DNA of 64,000 nucleotides, from positions 1,540-65,539 of the IMG/VR virus record IMGVR_UViG_3300035670_000191; one strand, given 5' to 3'. The notes below the pieces were generated by a model, which was given only the letters and a program-made list of their open reading frames with translations, did no database searches and was not told where the DNA came from. Position 1 is the first letter of the stretch, and the number at the start of each line of letters is the position of its first letter. This DNA is from a virus. Taxonomy: Duplodnaviria > Caudoviricetes. This document shows positions 10,062 through 19,654 of this stretch, one piece after another. The position numbers were made by a program, and so were the translations under genes.

Positions 10062-10730
10062 ATGGGTAGATTTTCAGTTTCAATCGAAGAAATGTCAGAT
10101 AAGGTCGAGATTCTTGACCCGGGTATTTATGCTGCCGAAATAACTGACATCGGCGGTCAAACCCGCGACGGGGACTTCTACATCAAGATTGACGAAGAAC
10201 GGAAATGGAACAGTAAGCTCAAAGCTATGGCATCCACTGGCCAAAAGACTATCCAAGGTGGTTTCACGTACAAGGTTGTGCTGCTTTCTGAAAAAGCCAA
10301 GGCCCAACTTCTTGTTGACGAACCCCAGTTGGTTTGCTTCTTGAACTTACGCTTTGACGAGAAGTATCGCCTTTCTACAAAGCAAAACATTCCGCTGACC
10401 CAGATCATCCGTCTGTTCGACCTAGACTTAACCTCCCTGCTTGAAGAAGCCGAGTCGTCGATTGACTGGGATGAAGTCCACGTCCCGGAAGAATATGAAG
10501 ACTTGCCGGATGCTCAAGCAATGTGGGAATCTGTGGTGTTTCACCGTGAGTTCCTGAATGTTTTGGGCGTGGCTTTGAAGGGCCAAAGGGTACGGGTTAA
10601 AGTAACCCACCGCCCGAACCGCCAGAATAAGTCTGTCATGGAACACGGCATCGACACTGGCGCACCAAGCCAGCCATTCTGCGGACTATTGGCTTATGCA
10701 GACGGCTGTGAGGATGACTTGCAGGAATAA
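10062..10730 (+). CDS. putative ssDNA-binding protein (DUF669-like)
   Basis: LDPGIYAAEI N-terminus, LKGQRVRVKV, acidic tail; position after the Sak4-like gene. Confidence 0.55.
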   Translation: MGRFSVSIEEMSDKVEILDPGIYAAEITDIGGQTRDGDFYIKIDEERKWNSKLKAMASTGQKTIQGGFTYKVVLLSEKAKAQLLVDEPQLVCFLNLRFDEKYRLSTKQNIPLTQIIRLFDLDLTSLLEEAESSIDWDEVHVPEEYEDLPDAQAMWESVVFHREFLNVLGVALKGQRVRVKVTHRPNRQNKSVMEHGIDTGAPSQPFCGLLAYADGCEDDLQE

Positions 10731-10757
10731 TTTTGTAGGGCTTTTGGCCTGACTTAC

Positions 10758-10785
10758 GGGGAGGGGATTAGTCTCCTCCCTTTTT
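10758..10785 (+). terminator. intrinsic terminator
   Basis: GGGAGGGGA/TCTCCTCCC stem followed by TTTTT. Confidence 0.75.
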
Positions 10786-10798
10786 CGTATCCAAACCT

Positions 10799-13381
10799 GT
10801 GGTTAACAACATGCTTAAACGTCCAGCATTCCCAAAACACAAACCCGTTGTTGTTGTCAACGACATTCCTGTAAAGCGAGAAATACTCTCCGGGGACAAG
10901 TTTAGTGAACCAAGTAACCTCTCCCTCCTAACCTCCCTCCGCACTGGCAAAGTAAGTGCAAAGTCTTCTGCGACACCTACACAAGGTTGCTATCCAATAA
11001 ACTCCCTTGACATCCATACGACTTATGTTGACATGACATACTGGGGGGATATAGACCACAATACTGATTGGTGTCAAGAGTTGTCGGCAAAACCCGTAGA
11101 AGGCTGGATTCTGCACGAACATACAAGGGTCTGGTGCAGTCCACGTTTACACGCACAAATAACAGCCTTGGTCGCCGAAATTGAAGCCGTCAAGCCCCTT
11201 ATGGTTATAGTCACCGGGAAATGGGGCTTGTTTTGGTTGTCAGGCTTAGTTCGGTTAAGTGAAACTGCAAACAGCGGGGCGAAACAGAAACCTCTCGGGG
11301 CTTTGGCCAAGTATCGAGCAAGCATTTTATGGCTTGCAGGCAACCCGAGTATCCTACTCTACCCCATGTACCATACAGTGAATGTTCACGGTATGCCTCA
11401 AGCAGCAACAATCATAGAGTTTGACCTCCGACGTGCAGGTGACATCTTACACAATTTGCAGAAGCGCGGCCCTTCTTTCTATAAGAAACCCCCGGTTGAT
11501 GTTGTCCTTGGTACAACACTCCCAGTAGTTCGTGACTTCATAAAGCGAGAAATCCTCCCTGCGCTTGACACTGCTCCCACACTTGTGTCTGTTGACATCG
11601 AAACTATGTTTCACTCGGTGATTGACTGCATAGGTTTGGCCATAACCCCAACACGTGGAATCTGTGTACCGTTTGCCCATCTTGGCAATCCTGTCTACTG
11701 GACACCTGAAGCCGAAATAGAAGTTTGGGACTTGATTCGCAGTGTGTTGCTTCATAAGAACTGTCGGGCATTCGGCCAGAACTTCACTTATGATACGGCG
11801 TATCTAGATAAACTCTATCTTCTCCCTGTTAGAATTGCCCATGATACAATGGTGATGCACCATGCGCTGTATAACACTATGCCGAAAGACTTGGCTTTTT
11901 TGGCCAGCCGCTATTGCCAGCACTACACATACTGGAAGGATGAGATAACTGCGACGGCTGTAAGCCCTGAATCACGTTGGACATACAATGTCAAGGACAT
12001 TCTGTATACATACGAAGTCCTCAAAGAACTACAGGACATTCTTGAAGATGCTGCTGGCCCCAAAGAAGTCTATGACTTCACAGTCAACAGTCTGCTGCCC
12101 GAAGTTGTTAAGACAATGAACCGTGGTGTGTCTGTTGACGTAAGGCGTAAGGAAGACTTGCGGGACTTCTTCTCAAAACTTGCAGACAGTATCTTTGCAG
12201 ATATTCAAAGCACGCTCGGGTTTGAGATAAACCTCAACTCTGTTGCTCAGAAGAAGAAACTCTTTGTAGACTTTTTCGGCATGACCCTGCAAGTCAAGAA
12301 GCGGAAAGACGGAAGTATGGCTGAAACAACAGATGCAAAGGCCATGCTCGAGTATATGGAAACGTATCCTATGTTTCGTCCGTTTCTTGCCCTCATTCTT
12401 GAGTATGTTGCAATAACCAAGTTTACAAACACGTTTCTTGGGATGGGAGTAGATGGGGATAACCGTGTCCGGACACAATACAGAGTATCTGGTACGGCAA
12501 CAGGACGGCTGGCTTCTACTAAAAGTCTGTTTGGAAGTGGCGCAAACCTACAAAATATCCCTACTGGGGGTAAAATCGACCTACAATACGCCGTAGAATT
12601 AGTTGAAGACCACAATGCTATCGAAGACATTGTAACATATACTCAAGAGGGGGCTATTGCGCTCCCAAACATCAAGAGTATCTTTCTCTGTGACCCTGGA
12701 TATGAGATAATGGATTGCGACCTCGGTGGTGCAGACGCCCAGATTGTTGCTGCGGAGTCGGAGTGCAAATGGCTCATAGAATTCTTTGCAAACCCCAAAG
12801 GTAAGTTGTATGCCTACATTGCATCCCAACACTTACAACGGGAGATTACATCCGACAGTCCGGAGTATAAGATATACAAGAGTGTCTGTCACGGAACAAA
12901 CTACAAGCTCGGCATCGACAAGTTGTCCAAGATGCTTGGAATAAGTCTTGACAACGCAAAAGCCCTCCAAGCTTTCTATTTCTCGCTGTGCCCAGAAATC
13001 CCCAAGTGGCACGCCCACCTGGCCACCACCATAGCTCGCCGTGGCTACCTGGAAAATAAGTTTGGTCGCCGTGGCTGGTTCCTGGATAAGAACGACCCTA
13101 ATTTGCTCAACAAGGCGTGTGCGTTCCTGCCCCAGTCTACGGTAGCGGATGTTATAAACCGGGCCTGGATTCGCATTGCAAGCACGCTCCCGGATATACA
13201 GGTGTTGATGCAAGTGCATGACTCGCTTGTGCTTCAATACCCCTTGCAAAAGGCCGCCGAATACCGTAGAATAATCCCCGAACTGATGAGGATTCCCATC
13301 CCGTATAAACCGGTGCTTGTGATTCCGTCTGATTCAAAAATATCCGATACTTCGTATGGCGAAATGAGGAAAAACAAATGA
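10799..13381 (+). CDS. family A DNA polymerase with 3'-5' exonuclease and an N-terminal UDG-like domain
   Basis: VDIET, GQNFTYD, YNVKD exo motifs; TGRLAS, NLQNIP, DLGGAD, KSVCHGTNY, QVHDS; N-terminal EIEAVKP..VTG..YH is UDG-like. Confidence 0.93.
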   Translation: MVNNMLKRPAFPKHKPVVVVNDIPVKREILSGDKFSEPSNLSLLTSLRTGKVSAKSSATPTQGCYPINSLDIHTTYVDMTYWGDIDHNTDWCQELSAKPVEGWILHEHTRVWCSPRLHAQITALVAEIEAVKPLMVIVTGKWGLFWLSGLVRLSETANSGAKQKPLGALAKYRASILWLAGNPSILLYPMYHTVNVHGMPQAATIIEFDLRRAGDILHNLQKRGPSFYKKPPVDVVLGTTLPVVRDFIKREILPALDTAPTLVSVDIETMFHSVIDCIGLAITPTRGICVPFAHLGNPVYWTPEAEIEVWDLIRSVLLHKNCRAFGQNFTYDTAYLDKLYLLPVRIAHDTMVMHHALYNTMPKDLAFLASRYCQHYTYWKDEITATAVSPESRWTYNVKDILYTYEVLKELQDILEDAAGPKEVYDFTVNSLLPEVVKTMNRGVSVDVRRKEDLRDFFSKLADSIFADIQSTLGFEINLNSVAQKKKLFVDFFGMTLQVKKRKDGSMAETTDAKAMLEYMETYPMFRPFLALILEYVAITKFTNTFLGMGVDGDNRVRTQYRVSGTATGRLASTKSLFGSGANLQNIPTGGKIDLQYAVELVEDHNAIEDIVTYTQEGAIALPNIKSIFLCDPGYEIMDCDLGGADAQIVAAESECKWLIEFFANPKGKLYAYIASQHLQREITSDSPEYKIYKSVCHGTNYKLGIDKLSKMLGISLDNAKALQAFYFSLCPEIPKWHAHLATTIARRGYLENKFGRRGWFLDKNDPNLLNKACAFLPQSTVADVINRAWIRIASTLPDIQVLMQVHDSLVLQYPLQKAAEYRRIIPELMRIPIPYKPVLVIPSDSKISDTSYGEMRKNK

Positions 13382-13791
13382 GAAAGATTGAATTGGCGGC
13401 CAAGGAGGCAAGCCTAGTTGACATCACAAGTATGTCAGTTGACGTTTTCATGGAAACCCTATGGTTCATGCACTCGTCCGATACAAGTTTCTCCCAGGCA
13501 ACACTTCTCATAGATGACTTCCTGGTCACGCTTGAGTTTAACTGTAGGGCAAAACCCTACCCGTGCTTGCGCCTGCACAACATAAGTTTGCCAGAAGATA
13601 TGCGTAGCCAAGGATTGTTTACAATGTTCATTAGCAAACTTGAATGTTTGTGTGACTTGATGCCCTTGACACTTGAAGTGTCGTTTTGTCTAAACCCTGC
13701 TTTGTTCAACTACTTTCTAAAGAGGAATTACAATGTCACCAATGAAGACTCAGCCCACCTCCAACGATTCCCCACAGGTTTTCCGGTGTGA
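13378..13791 (+). CDS. putative GNAT-fold acetyltransferase
   Basis: LHNISLPEDMRSQGLF resembles GNAT motif A; N..L..YF.KR.Y. Confidence 0.5.
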   Translation: MRKIELAAKEASLVDITSMSVDVFMETLWFMHSSDTSFSQATLLIDDFLVTLEFNCRAKPYPCLRLHNISLPEDMRSQGLFTMFISKLECLCDLMPLTLEVSFCLNPALFNYFLKRNYNVTNEDSAHLQRFPTGFPV

Positions 13792-13960
13792 ACCCCTTGC
13801 GACACTTGGCCTTGCAATAGTAGTTGTTGCTGCCCTGACCATTGTCATAGTAGTAGGGATGCGAAATGCAACAGAACGGGCTTTCGCCGCACAGGGATTG
13901 CAACAATGTGTTGTAGAAAGGGTTGTTGTGTGGCAGAAAGAATGTTTTAAGTATGAATGA
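13733..13960 (+). CDS. small membrane protein (start uncertain)
   Basis: hydrophobic LGLAIVVVAALTIVIVVG fills the gap between genes. Confidence 0.45.
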   Translation: MSPMKTQPTSNDSPQVFRCEPLATLGLAIVVVAALTIVIVVGMRNATERAFAAQGLQQCVVERVVVWQKECFKYE

Positions 13961-14582
13961 GAGGGCAAGCCTTCGGATTCTAGTTGCTTGTGAAGAATCC
14001 CAAGTTGTTACAGTAGCTTTGCGTGCCCGTGGCCATGAAGCGTATTCCTGTGATATACTTCCTCCGTCGGGGGGGCATCCAGAATGGCACATTCAGCAAG
14101 ATGTTACGGAACTTCTACGTTCCCCACGTGAATGGGATATGTGTATTGCTTTCCCACCGTGTACACATCTTGCTGTAAGTGGCTCACGGCACTTTGCTGC
14201 CAAACAAGCAGATGGTAGGCAAGCAGCCGGTATAGACTTTTTCATGCAATTTGTGCATTCCCCTGTGCCTCTTAAGGCCATAGAAAACCCAGTGGGAATC
14301 ATGTCTACTTTGTACAGAAGACCTGACCAGATAATCCAGCCGTGGATGTTTGGGTATCCTACAACCAAGGCTACTTGTTTATGGTTGTTCAACCTCCCTA
14401 AACTTGTTCCGACAAACATAGTTTCTAAGGGTGAAAATGTCACACTTGGAAGCGGAAAAAAGATGGCGAGATGGCACTATGATCTGAGTTGTCTTAAACA
14501 GTCCGAAAGAGCCAAAGCTAGAAGCAAAACTTTTCAAGGTATTGCAGACGCTATGGCAACACAATGGTCACCCCTTTTATAG
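13953..14582 (+). CDS. phage DNA cytosine-C5 methyltransferase-like protein
   Basis: ILVACEES, SCDI, AFPPCTHL, IENPVG, KATCLWL, RSKTF.GIA.AMA.QW. Confidence 0.85.
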   Translation: MNERASLRILVACEESQVVTVALRARGHEAYSCDILPPSGGHPEWHIQQDVTELLRSPREWDMCIAFPPCTHLAVSGSRHFAAKQADGRQAAGIDFFMQFVHSPVPLKAIENPVGIMSTLYRRPDQIIQPWMFGYPTTKATCLWLFNLPKLVPTNIVSKGENVTLGSGKKMARWHYDLSCLKQSERAKARSKTFQGIADAMATQWSPLL

Positions 14583-14920
14583 CCACAACTATGCGCGAAC
14601 CAGAAGAATCTTACGAACCAACATGCCTTGCAGACCCCGTTGAACTTTATGAAGTATTTAAGCGAACAACAGAAGACTGGCACCCTTCTTATGTTGCTGG
14701 CAACCGCCACCTTGTAAAAGTCCAGCTTTACAAGCCTGTCACTGAACCTGGGGATGTTCCTCGGTGGATTATAAATGTTTGGGGTGCAGATGACTTTGGA
14801 ATGACTGCGGTATTCTACCGGTATACACGGGATGAAGCCTATAGTAAGTTCCTCTACATTCTGATGCAAGACAATATAACCCGCCGCTTTCTTGAATCAC
14901 TTGGCTTTACTGTTGCTTAA
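14564..14920 (+). CDS. hypothetical protein
   Basis: 118 aa ORF in operon; VWGADDFG motif. Confidence 0.65.
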   Translation: MVTPFIATTMREPEESYEPTCLADPVELYEVFKRTTEDWHPSYVAGNRHLVKVQLYKPVTEPGDVPRWIINVWGADDFGMTAVFYRYTRDEAYSKFLYILMQDNITRRFLESLGFTVA

Positions 14921-14974
14921 CCCGGGAAGGGAGGGACAAGTCCTCCCAACCCACTTACACTCTGAGAAACCACA

Positions 14975-15331
14975 ATGACTGCTCCAAACATGAACTTAAC
15001 AACTTATCAAAACCTTGCAATGCGTACCGCGAAGGAACTTCCCTTCACTGAAGCGATGTGCCATGCTGCTCTTGGACTTTCTTCTGAAGCTGGTGAATAT
15101 GCTACGGCTGTGAAGGCAACCATAGTTTACGGGCGTCCTTTGGATGAGGCAAATATCTTTGAAGAACTTGGAGATGTGCTTTGGTTTGTTGCGTATGCTG
15201 CTGCAACGCATGGGTACAATCTGGAAGATGTTGCACTGAACAACATCCGGAAACTACAAAAGCGATTCCCGGAACGGTATTCTGACACTTGTGCTAATGC
15301 ACGTGCAGACAAAACTGAGGGTCAAGTATGA
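14975..15331 (+). CDS. MazG-like NTP pyrophosphohydrolase
   Basis: LGLSSEAGE, EELGDVLWF, NIRKL.KR.P. Confidence 0.9.
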   Translation: MTAPNMNLTTYQNLAMRTAKELPFTEAMCHAALGLSSEAGEYATAVKATIVYGRPLDEANIFEELGDVLWFVAYAAATHGYNLEDVALNNIRKLQKRFPERYSDTCANARADKTEGQV

Positions 15332-15810
15332 ACAACATGAGCCAGGCTTCGTCCACGGGCCAAACTTCGTCCACGGGCCACATTCCCTTTAACTTCCAAC
15401 GAGAACTTGACAGTCTCGGGGCTATGTCAGCCGAAGCCCTCAAAGACCGCGTTACTACACTCGAACGCGACAGACTTATAATGGACAGCCAGCTAACCGG
15501 GTATGAAGAAGGCGTAGACTCTAAGTCAGCCGTTTGGTACAAGCAGGCAAAATATGTTTACCGGGCTAAGGGCTTGTTGATTGAAGCCGCTAACCGGGAG
15601 ATTAAGAAACGGAATGAAAGCTCCCAAGTTGGGAAGTTCGTAGCACTTCTCGCCGAGATGCGCGTGTTTCATAAAGTTGCCGAACGTCAGAACGGGGAGA
15701 CTGGTGTCTTTGTGTGTTTTGGTGAAGGGAAAGATGTTGTGCTTACGTTTGTCAATGGACGTTATACAAATGCCCTGTTCCCGATGCCCATTCCGCGTGA
15801 AACTCTGTAG
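15328..15810 (+). CDS. hypothetical protein
   Basis: 160 aa; 18-bp tandem duplication near the start. Confidence 0.65.
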   Translation: MNNMSQASSTGQTSSTGHIPFNFQRELDSLGAMSAEALKDRVTTLERDRLIMDSQLTGYEEGVDSKSAVWYKQAKYVYRAKGLLIEAANREIKKRNESSQVGKFVALLAEMRVFHKVAERQNGETGVFVCFGEGKDVVLTFVNGRYTNALFPMPIPRETL

Positions 15811-15818
15811 GTGTTTAT

Positions 15819-16721
15819 ATGAATCCGCAAAAAGCCCGGCACCTGTATGTTGAAGAGCAGAAGAAGAAGCCCAACATCAACCATACTTACTTTGTGACTG
15901 AGAAACTGGACGGATGGTATACTTATCTGGATGTTGTCGGCACAGATGTTGGGAGTTTCAGAAGCCGAACTCACAGAGTTATTCCGGCCCTGCTTCCTCA
16001 TCACGCCGAAGCCCGTAGCCTACTACGAAATGCCCTGCCCTTGTTTCAAGACTTCGGAGTTTATAGTTGTAGGGTTTTGTGTGAGACTGTTGTCCCAGAT
16101 ATGGACTTCCATACAGCCAATGGCCTGTTGAACAGGACGGCGAACTTTGCTGAGATAAGCCCAGTGTTCCATATACATGATGTTGTTCCAAGGACAGCAG
16201 AAGGGGCTTGCCCTGGATGGAGTGCCGAAAAGCGATCCCGTTTTGTAGGGATTCTTGGGAGAATTATCCAGACTATGCACTATGATTCTTTTCGCACTGT
16301 TCCGATCCTTGCTGTATCTTCTAAGAAGGATGAGTGGCTTGCAGAGTTCCGTAAAGTAGTTGATGCCGGTGGTGAAGGAGTTGTGTTGAAGCGGGTTGAT
16401 GCGGATTACGCCCCCGGTGTCAGGAACTCTTCGCTCATGAAGATTAAACTTGAAGAGTCTTTTGACCTGTTGTGTGAAGAAGTCGTAGACACCGTGGGGG
16501 AAAAGGGGAATCCTAATAAGAATCTTCGGCTTGTTGATGCAGCCGGAACAAAAGTAGAAGTTAGGCTTGGGGCAGACAAAGACCTTGAGACTATAACAGA
16601 AACTTCACCCGTTGGCCATGTCATAGAGATAAAGTGTATGACAAAGTTGGTCAGTGGTGGATACCGTGAGCCTCGGTTTAAGGCTTTTCGTTGGGATAAA
16701 AGCCCGACAGATATTGACTAG
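15819..16721 (+). CDS. minimal ATP-dependent DNA ligase
   Basis: EKLDG (motif I), FHIHD, EGVVLK, MKIK, REPRF. Confidence 0.9.
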   Translation: MNPQKARHLYVEEQKKKPNINHTYFVTEKLDGWYTYLDVVGTDVGSFRSRTHRVIPALLPHHAEARSLLRNALPLFQDFGVYSCRVLCETVVPDMDFHTANGLLNRTANFAEISPVFHIHDVVPRTAEGACPGWSAEKRSRFVGILGRIIQTMHYDSFRTVPILAVSSKKDEWLAEFRKVVDAGGEGVVLKRVDADYAPGVRNSSLMKIKLEESFDLLCEEVVDTVGEKGNPNKNLRLVDAAGTKVEVRLGADKDLETITETSPVGHVIEIKCMTKLVSGGYREPRFKAFRWDKSPTDID

Positions 16722-16740
16722 AAACTACGGAGTACAGAGT

Positions 16741-17037
16741 ATGAACAAAGTGCAAACAGAAGCCGTTATTCGCGGAATGTTAGAAGAAAGGGGAAGTCGG
16801 TATGGGGACTTTTCAGATGTTGCTGGATGTAGTCAGGGCTTGAAGGCTGTTATGATACAAACCCCTCATTGGTTTGACTTATCAGATGTTCAGAGAGAGG
16901 CTCTTGAGGCCGTTGCTGCCAAAATAAGTAGGATTCTGAGTGGGGATTTTGAGTATAGGGATTCTTGGCAAGATATGGTCGGGTATGTTACACTCGTGCT
17001 TGACAGACTTCCTGACCGTGACAACGGTAATTCTTAA
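16741..17037 (+). CDS. DUF6378-like / nucleotide-modification-associated domain protein
   Basis: LEERGSRYGDF, KISRILSGD..Y.DSW.D..GY. Confidence 0.7.
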   Translation: MNKVQTEAVIRGMLEERGSRYGDFSDVAGCSQGLKAVMIQTPHWFDLSDVQREALEAVAAKISRILSGDFEYRDSWQDMVGYVTLVLDRLPDRDNGNS

Positions 17038-17085
17038 GGCCCGGCCTAGGCGGCATTTGCCAATCTGACTTTGCGGAGTTATCCC

Positions 17086-17475
17086 ATGAAAGCTATAGTT
17101 TTCCTCGTGCTTCTTACAACTACTCAGTATGTTGGGTCAAAACCCCTGTCTCCGGTTGAACAAGATTGTTTAGCCAGGTCACTCTATCATGAAGGTAGAA
17201 GTTTGGGGGCTAGGGATTGGCGAAGGATGTCGAATGTTGTGTTGAACAGAGCAGTGGCGAGACGGAAAAACCGTCGGAAGGTGTTTGGTGCAAGAAGTGG
17301 AAACGTGTGTGATGTTGTTAAGTCAAGTGAGTTTACTACTCGGAGTCGTCTTCTTAGCCGAATCCGTGAGCCGAAGATTTATGAGAAGATACGGCAGTTT
17401 GCTAAGTCTGTTAAGGGGCCGACAGGGCATGAGTTGTTCTTTTCGTCAACGAGAGGGAGGATGCACTACAAGTAA
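17086..17475 (+). CDS. SleB-like cell wall hydrolase (Hydrolase_2), signal peptide
   Basis: CLARSLYHEGR, VVLNR, VCDVV; hydrophobic N-terminus. Confidence 0.75.
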   Translation: MKAIVFLVLLTTTQYVGSKPLSPVEQDCLARSLYHEGRSLGARDWRRMSNVVLNRAVARRKNRRKVFGARSGNVCDVVKSSEFTTRSRLLSRIREPKIYEKIRQFAKSVKGPTGHELFFSSTRGRMHYK

Positions 17476-17538
17476 GCCAGGGCTTGAAGCTCATGAGAGG
17501 CACTTGAGCAAAAAAGTGTGATTTTTTCAAGGAAACTG

Positions 17539-17568
17539 TTGTGCATGGACGCACAAACATGGTAAACT
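17539..17568 (+). promoter_or_regulatory. sigma70-like promoter
   Basis: TTGTGC-18-TAAACT with extended -10 TG. Confidence 0.45.
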
Positions 17569-17633
17569 ACCCCTATCTTTTGGAGATGTTCTCCGAAGAC
17601 CCTAATCCTAGTTTTTGACCCAAGAGGTGAGTT

Positions 17634-18458
17634 ATGAGTGATATTGAACCCGTTGAAGTGGCCGAAGCCACTGGCCGCCCTGTTGTGATGCAAGATGGTA
17701 GTACTGTTGTGTTTGGCGACCGCGCTAACCGTAAGTCTGTTATGGACTTGGACTCGAACAGTATTACGTTCTATATTGCAACGGGTGAGATTATCCGGCA
17801 AGAGTTTGTTGGACTTCAGGCGTTCGATGGACTGGAGAATCTGAGCGTGTTTTTCCGCAGAATTATCCTGGATGGGATTCGTGCGAAGGTTAATAGTCAG
17901 GTTGGGGCTACTCCGCTTGTGAGCGAGGAGTTCATGGAAATTGAAGTAGATGGTCAAAAGGTGAAGAAGCCCACCGGTGGTTTTGTTCACAGTCTGGCAA
18001 AGTCTATTCAGGATTCGTTGGCTGAGATTGCAAGCGGTGTTTATACGAATCGGGCCATGTTGGCTTCTTCGTCACGGCGTAGTTATAGGTCGCTGACTAC
18101 TGAGCAAGAGGCTTATGCTCTGACTGCAATCCACGTGGCTTCTATTTTTGCTGCAAAGCAAGGGACTGTGGAATGGACTGTGGATGGCCTGCATATTCCG
18201 AACGTAACTGCTGATGTTCGTGCCGCATGGGCCGCTTTGCCGAAGGAACAACAAGCTGTTGTCAAAAAGAGCGTTCCGTTCAAGAAGTTTAAGGCTGACC
18301 TGGTGTTTGCGCGTAAGGGTTTTACTGTTGAGTCTCAGGCTGTTGCAACCCCTGTGGGCCTTGTAGCAGTTCCGGACGCCGGACAGTGGGATGTTACTGC
18401 TATGGAACCGGAACCGGAAGCTGACACCGAGGCTGATGCCCTGCCGTTGGCCGCGTAA
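17634..18458 (+). CDS. hypothetical protein, probably highly expressed
   Basis: 274 aa, GAGGTG RBS, own promoter, downstream hairpin. Confidence 0.8.
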   Translation: MSDIEPVEVAEATGRPVVMQDGSTVVFGDRANRKSVMDLDSNSITFYIATGEIIRQEFVGLQAFDGLENLSVFFRRIILDGIRAKVNSQVGATPLVSEEFMEIEVDGQKVKKPTGGFVHSLAKSIQDSLAEIASGVYTNRAMLASSSRRSYRSLTTEQEAYALTAIHVASIFAAKQGTVEWTVDGLHIPNVTADVRAAWAALPKEQQAVVKKSVPFKKFKADLVFARKGFTVESQAVATPVGLVAVPDAGQWDVTAMEPEPEADTEADALPLAA

Positions 18459-18597
18459 GGTTAAGGGCACGGATGCCCTAGCCCCTAGCAAGGTACCTCT
18501 ACAAAGTTGACTTGTAGTCGGGATTTTGGAAACTGGCTTTTTCCCCGGAGCAACTTTTTTCAAATTGACTTGTAGGGTGGGTTATTATAAGGGGCGA

Positions 18598-18690
18598 AGA
18601 GGACACCGGCAAAAGGGGAAATACTAAGCCCCAGTGCCGGTGTCTTGTAGGTGTGGTGAAAAGGCGGGGCTTTAGGGTCTCGCCTTTTTT
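18598..18690 (+). ncRNA. candidate small RNA (stem-loop plus terminator)
   Basis: AGGACACCGGCA/TGCCGGTGTCTT stem with inner GGGG/CCCC; terminator 18659-18690; TTGACT at 18565. Confidence 0.4.
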
Positions 18691-18723
18691 GTGTTTAGCC
18701 TTTGCTTTGGTGTTGGAGTTTGT

Positions 18724-19527
18724 ATGCGTTATCGGTTGTATCAAGGGGATTGCGCCAAAGTTATGGCTTCATTCCCGCCGGGGTCTGTTGACCTTGTTGT
18801 TACAAGTCCACCGTATGATGGGCTTAGGGCATACGAAGGGTATACGTTTGACTTCCCAAAGATTGCTGAAGAACTTTGGAGAGTTGTTACTGAAGGTGGT
18901 ATTGTTGTTTGGGTTATTGGAGATGCTACTGTTAATGGAAGTGAGACAGGAACGTCTTTTAGACAAGTGTTAAAGTTTATGGATGTTGGATTCCGGCTGC
19001 ATGATACTATGATATGGAATAAGGGGAGTTTTACGGCTGTTGGTGCTTTGAAAACACGCTATGGGCCTGTATTCGAGTATATGTTTGTACTGGCAAAGGG
19101 TAAGCCTAGAGTGTTTAATCCGATAAAGGATAGGAGGAATAAGCAAGCGGGAAAAACATCCAACGGACGGCTTCGACTCCCCGACGGTTCCATGAGGCTA
19201 AGAAGTAACCCAGACTATGTTATACCGGAATATGGGCAAAGATTTAACGTCTGGGATATACATCCGGTGAAGACCAACCGAGCCGACGACCATCCTGCCC
19301 CTTTTCCAGAAGCACTTGCAAATGACCATATTGTTTCTTGGTCGAATCCGGGAGACATAATACTTGACCCGTTCGCCGGAAGCGGAACAACATTGTTAGC
19401 GGCTTTGACAAACGGGCGGCAAGCCATTGGAATTGAAACTTCGGAAAAGTATTGTGGTATGATACGTGAGAGGCTGGCAAGACGTGGATTTCTTCCGGGC
19501 GGAAGTATTGTTGCTGTTGAAGGCTAA
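18724..19527 (+). CDS. beta-class DNA methyltransferase (probably N4-cytosine)
   Basis: VTSPPY, HPAPFP, LDPFAGSGTT. Confidence 0.92.
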   Translation: MRYRLYQGDCAKVMASFPPGSVDLVVTSPPYDGLRAYEGYTFDFPKIAEELWRVVTEGGIVVWVIGDATVNGSETGTSFRQVLKFMDVGFRLHDTMIWNKGSFTAVGALKTRYGPVFEYMFVLAKGKPRVFNPIKDRRNKQAGKTSNGRLRLPDGSMRLRSNPDYVIPEYGQRFNVWDIHPVKTNRADDHPAPFPEALANDHIVSWSNPGDIILDPFAGSGTTLLAALTNGRQAIGIETSEKYCGMIRERLARRGFLPGGSIVAVEG

Positions 19528-19573
19528 GGCAAGCCGCAAATTTATGAAAAGTGTTCTTCTGTGAGGTGATGTT

Positions 19574-19654
19574 ATGGTGTTGTTAGATGTTTTTTGGATA
19601 TGTGTTACTGCTTTGGTCACGTTCTCACTGCTCTCGGCGGTTGTAGATGATTAG
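19574..19654 (+). CDS. 26-aa hydrophobic peptide
   Basis: GAGGTG RBS; MVLLDVFWICVTALVTFSLLSAVVDD; below the ORF-track cutoff. Confidence 0.5.
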   Translation: MVLLDVFWICVTALVTFSLLSAVVDD

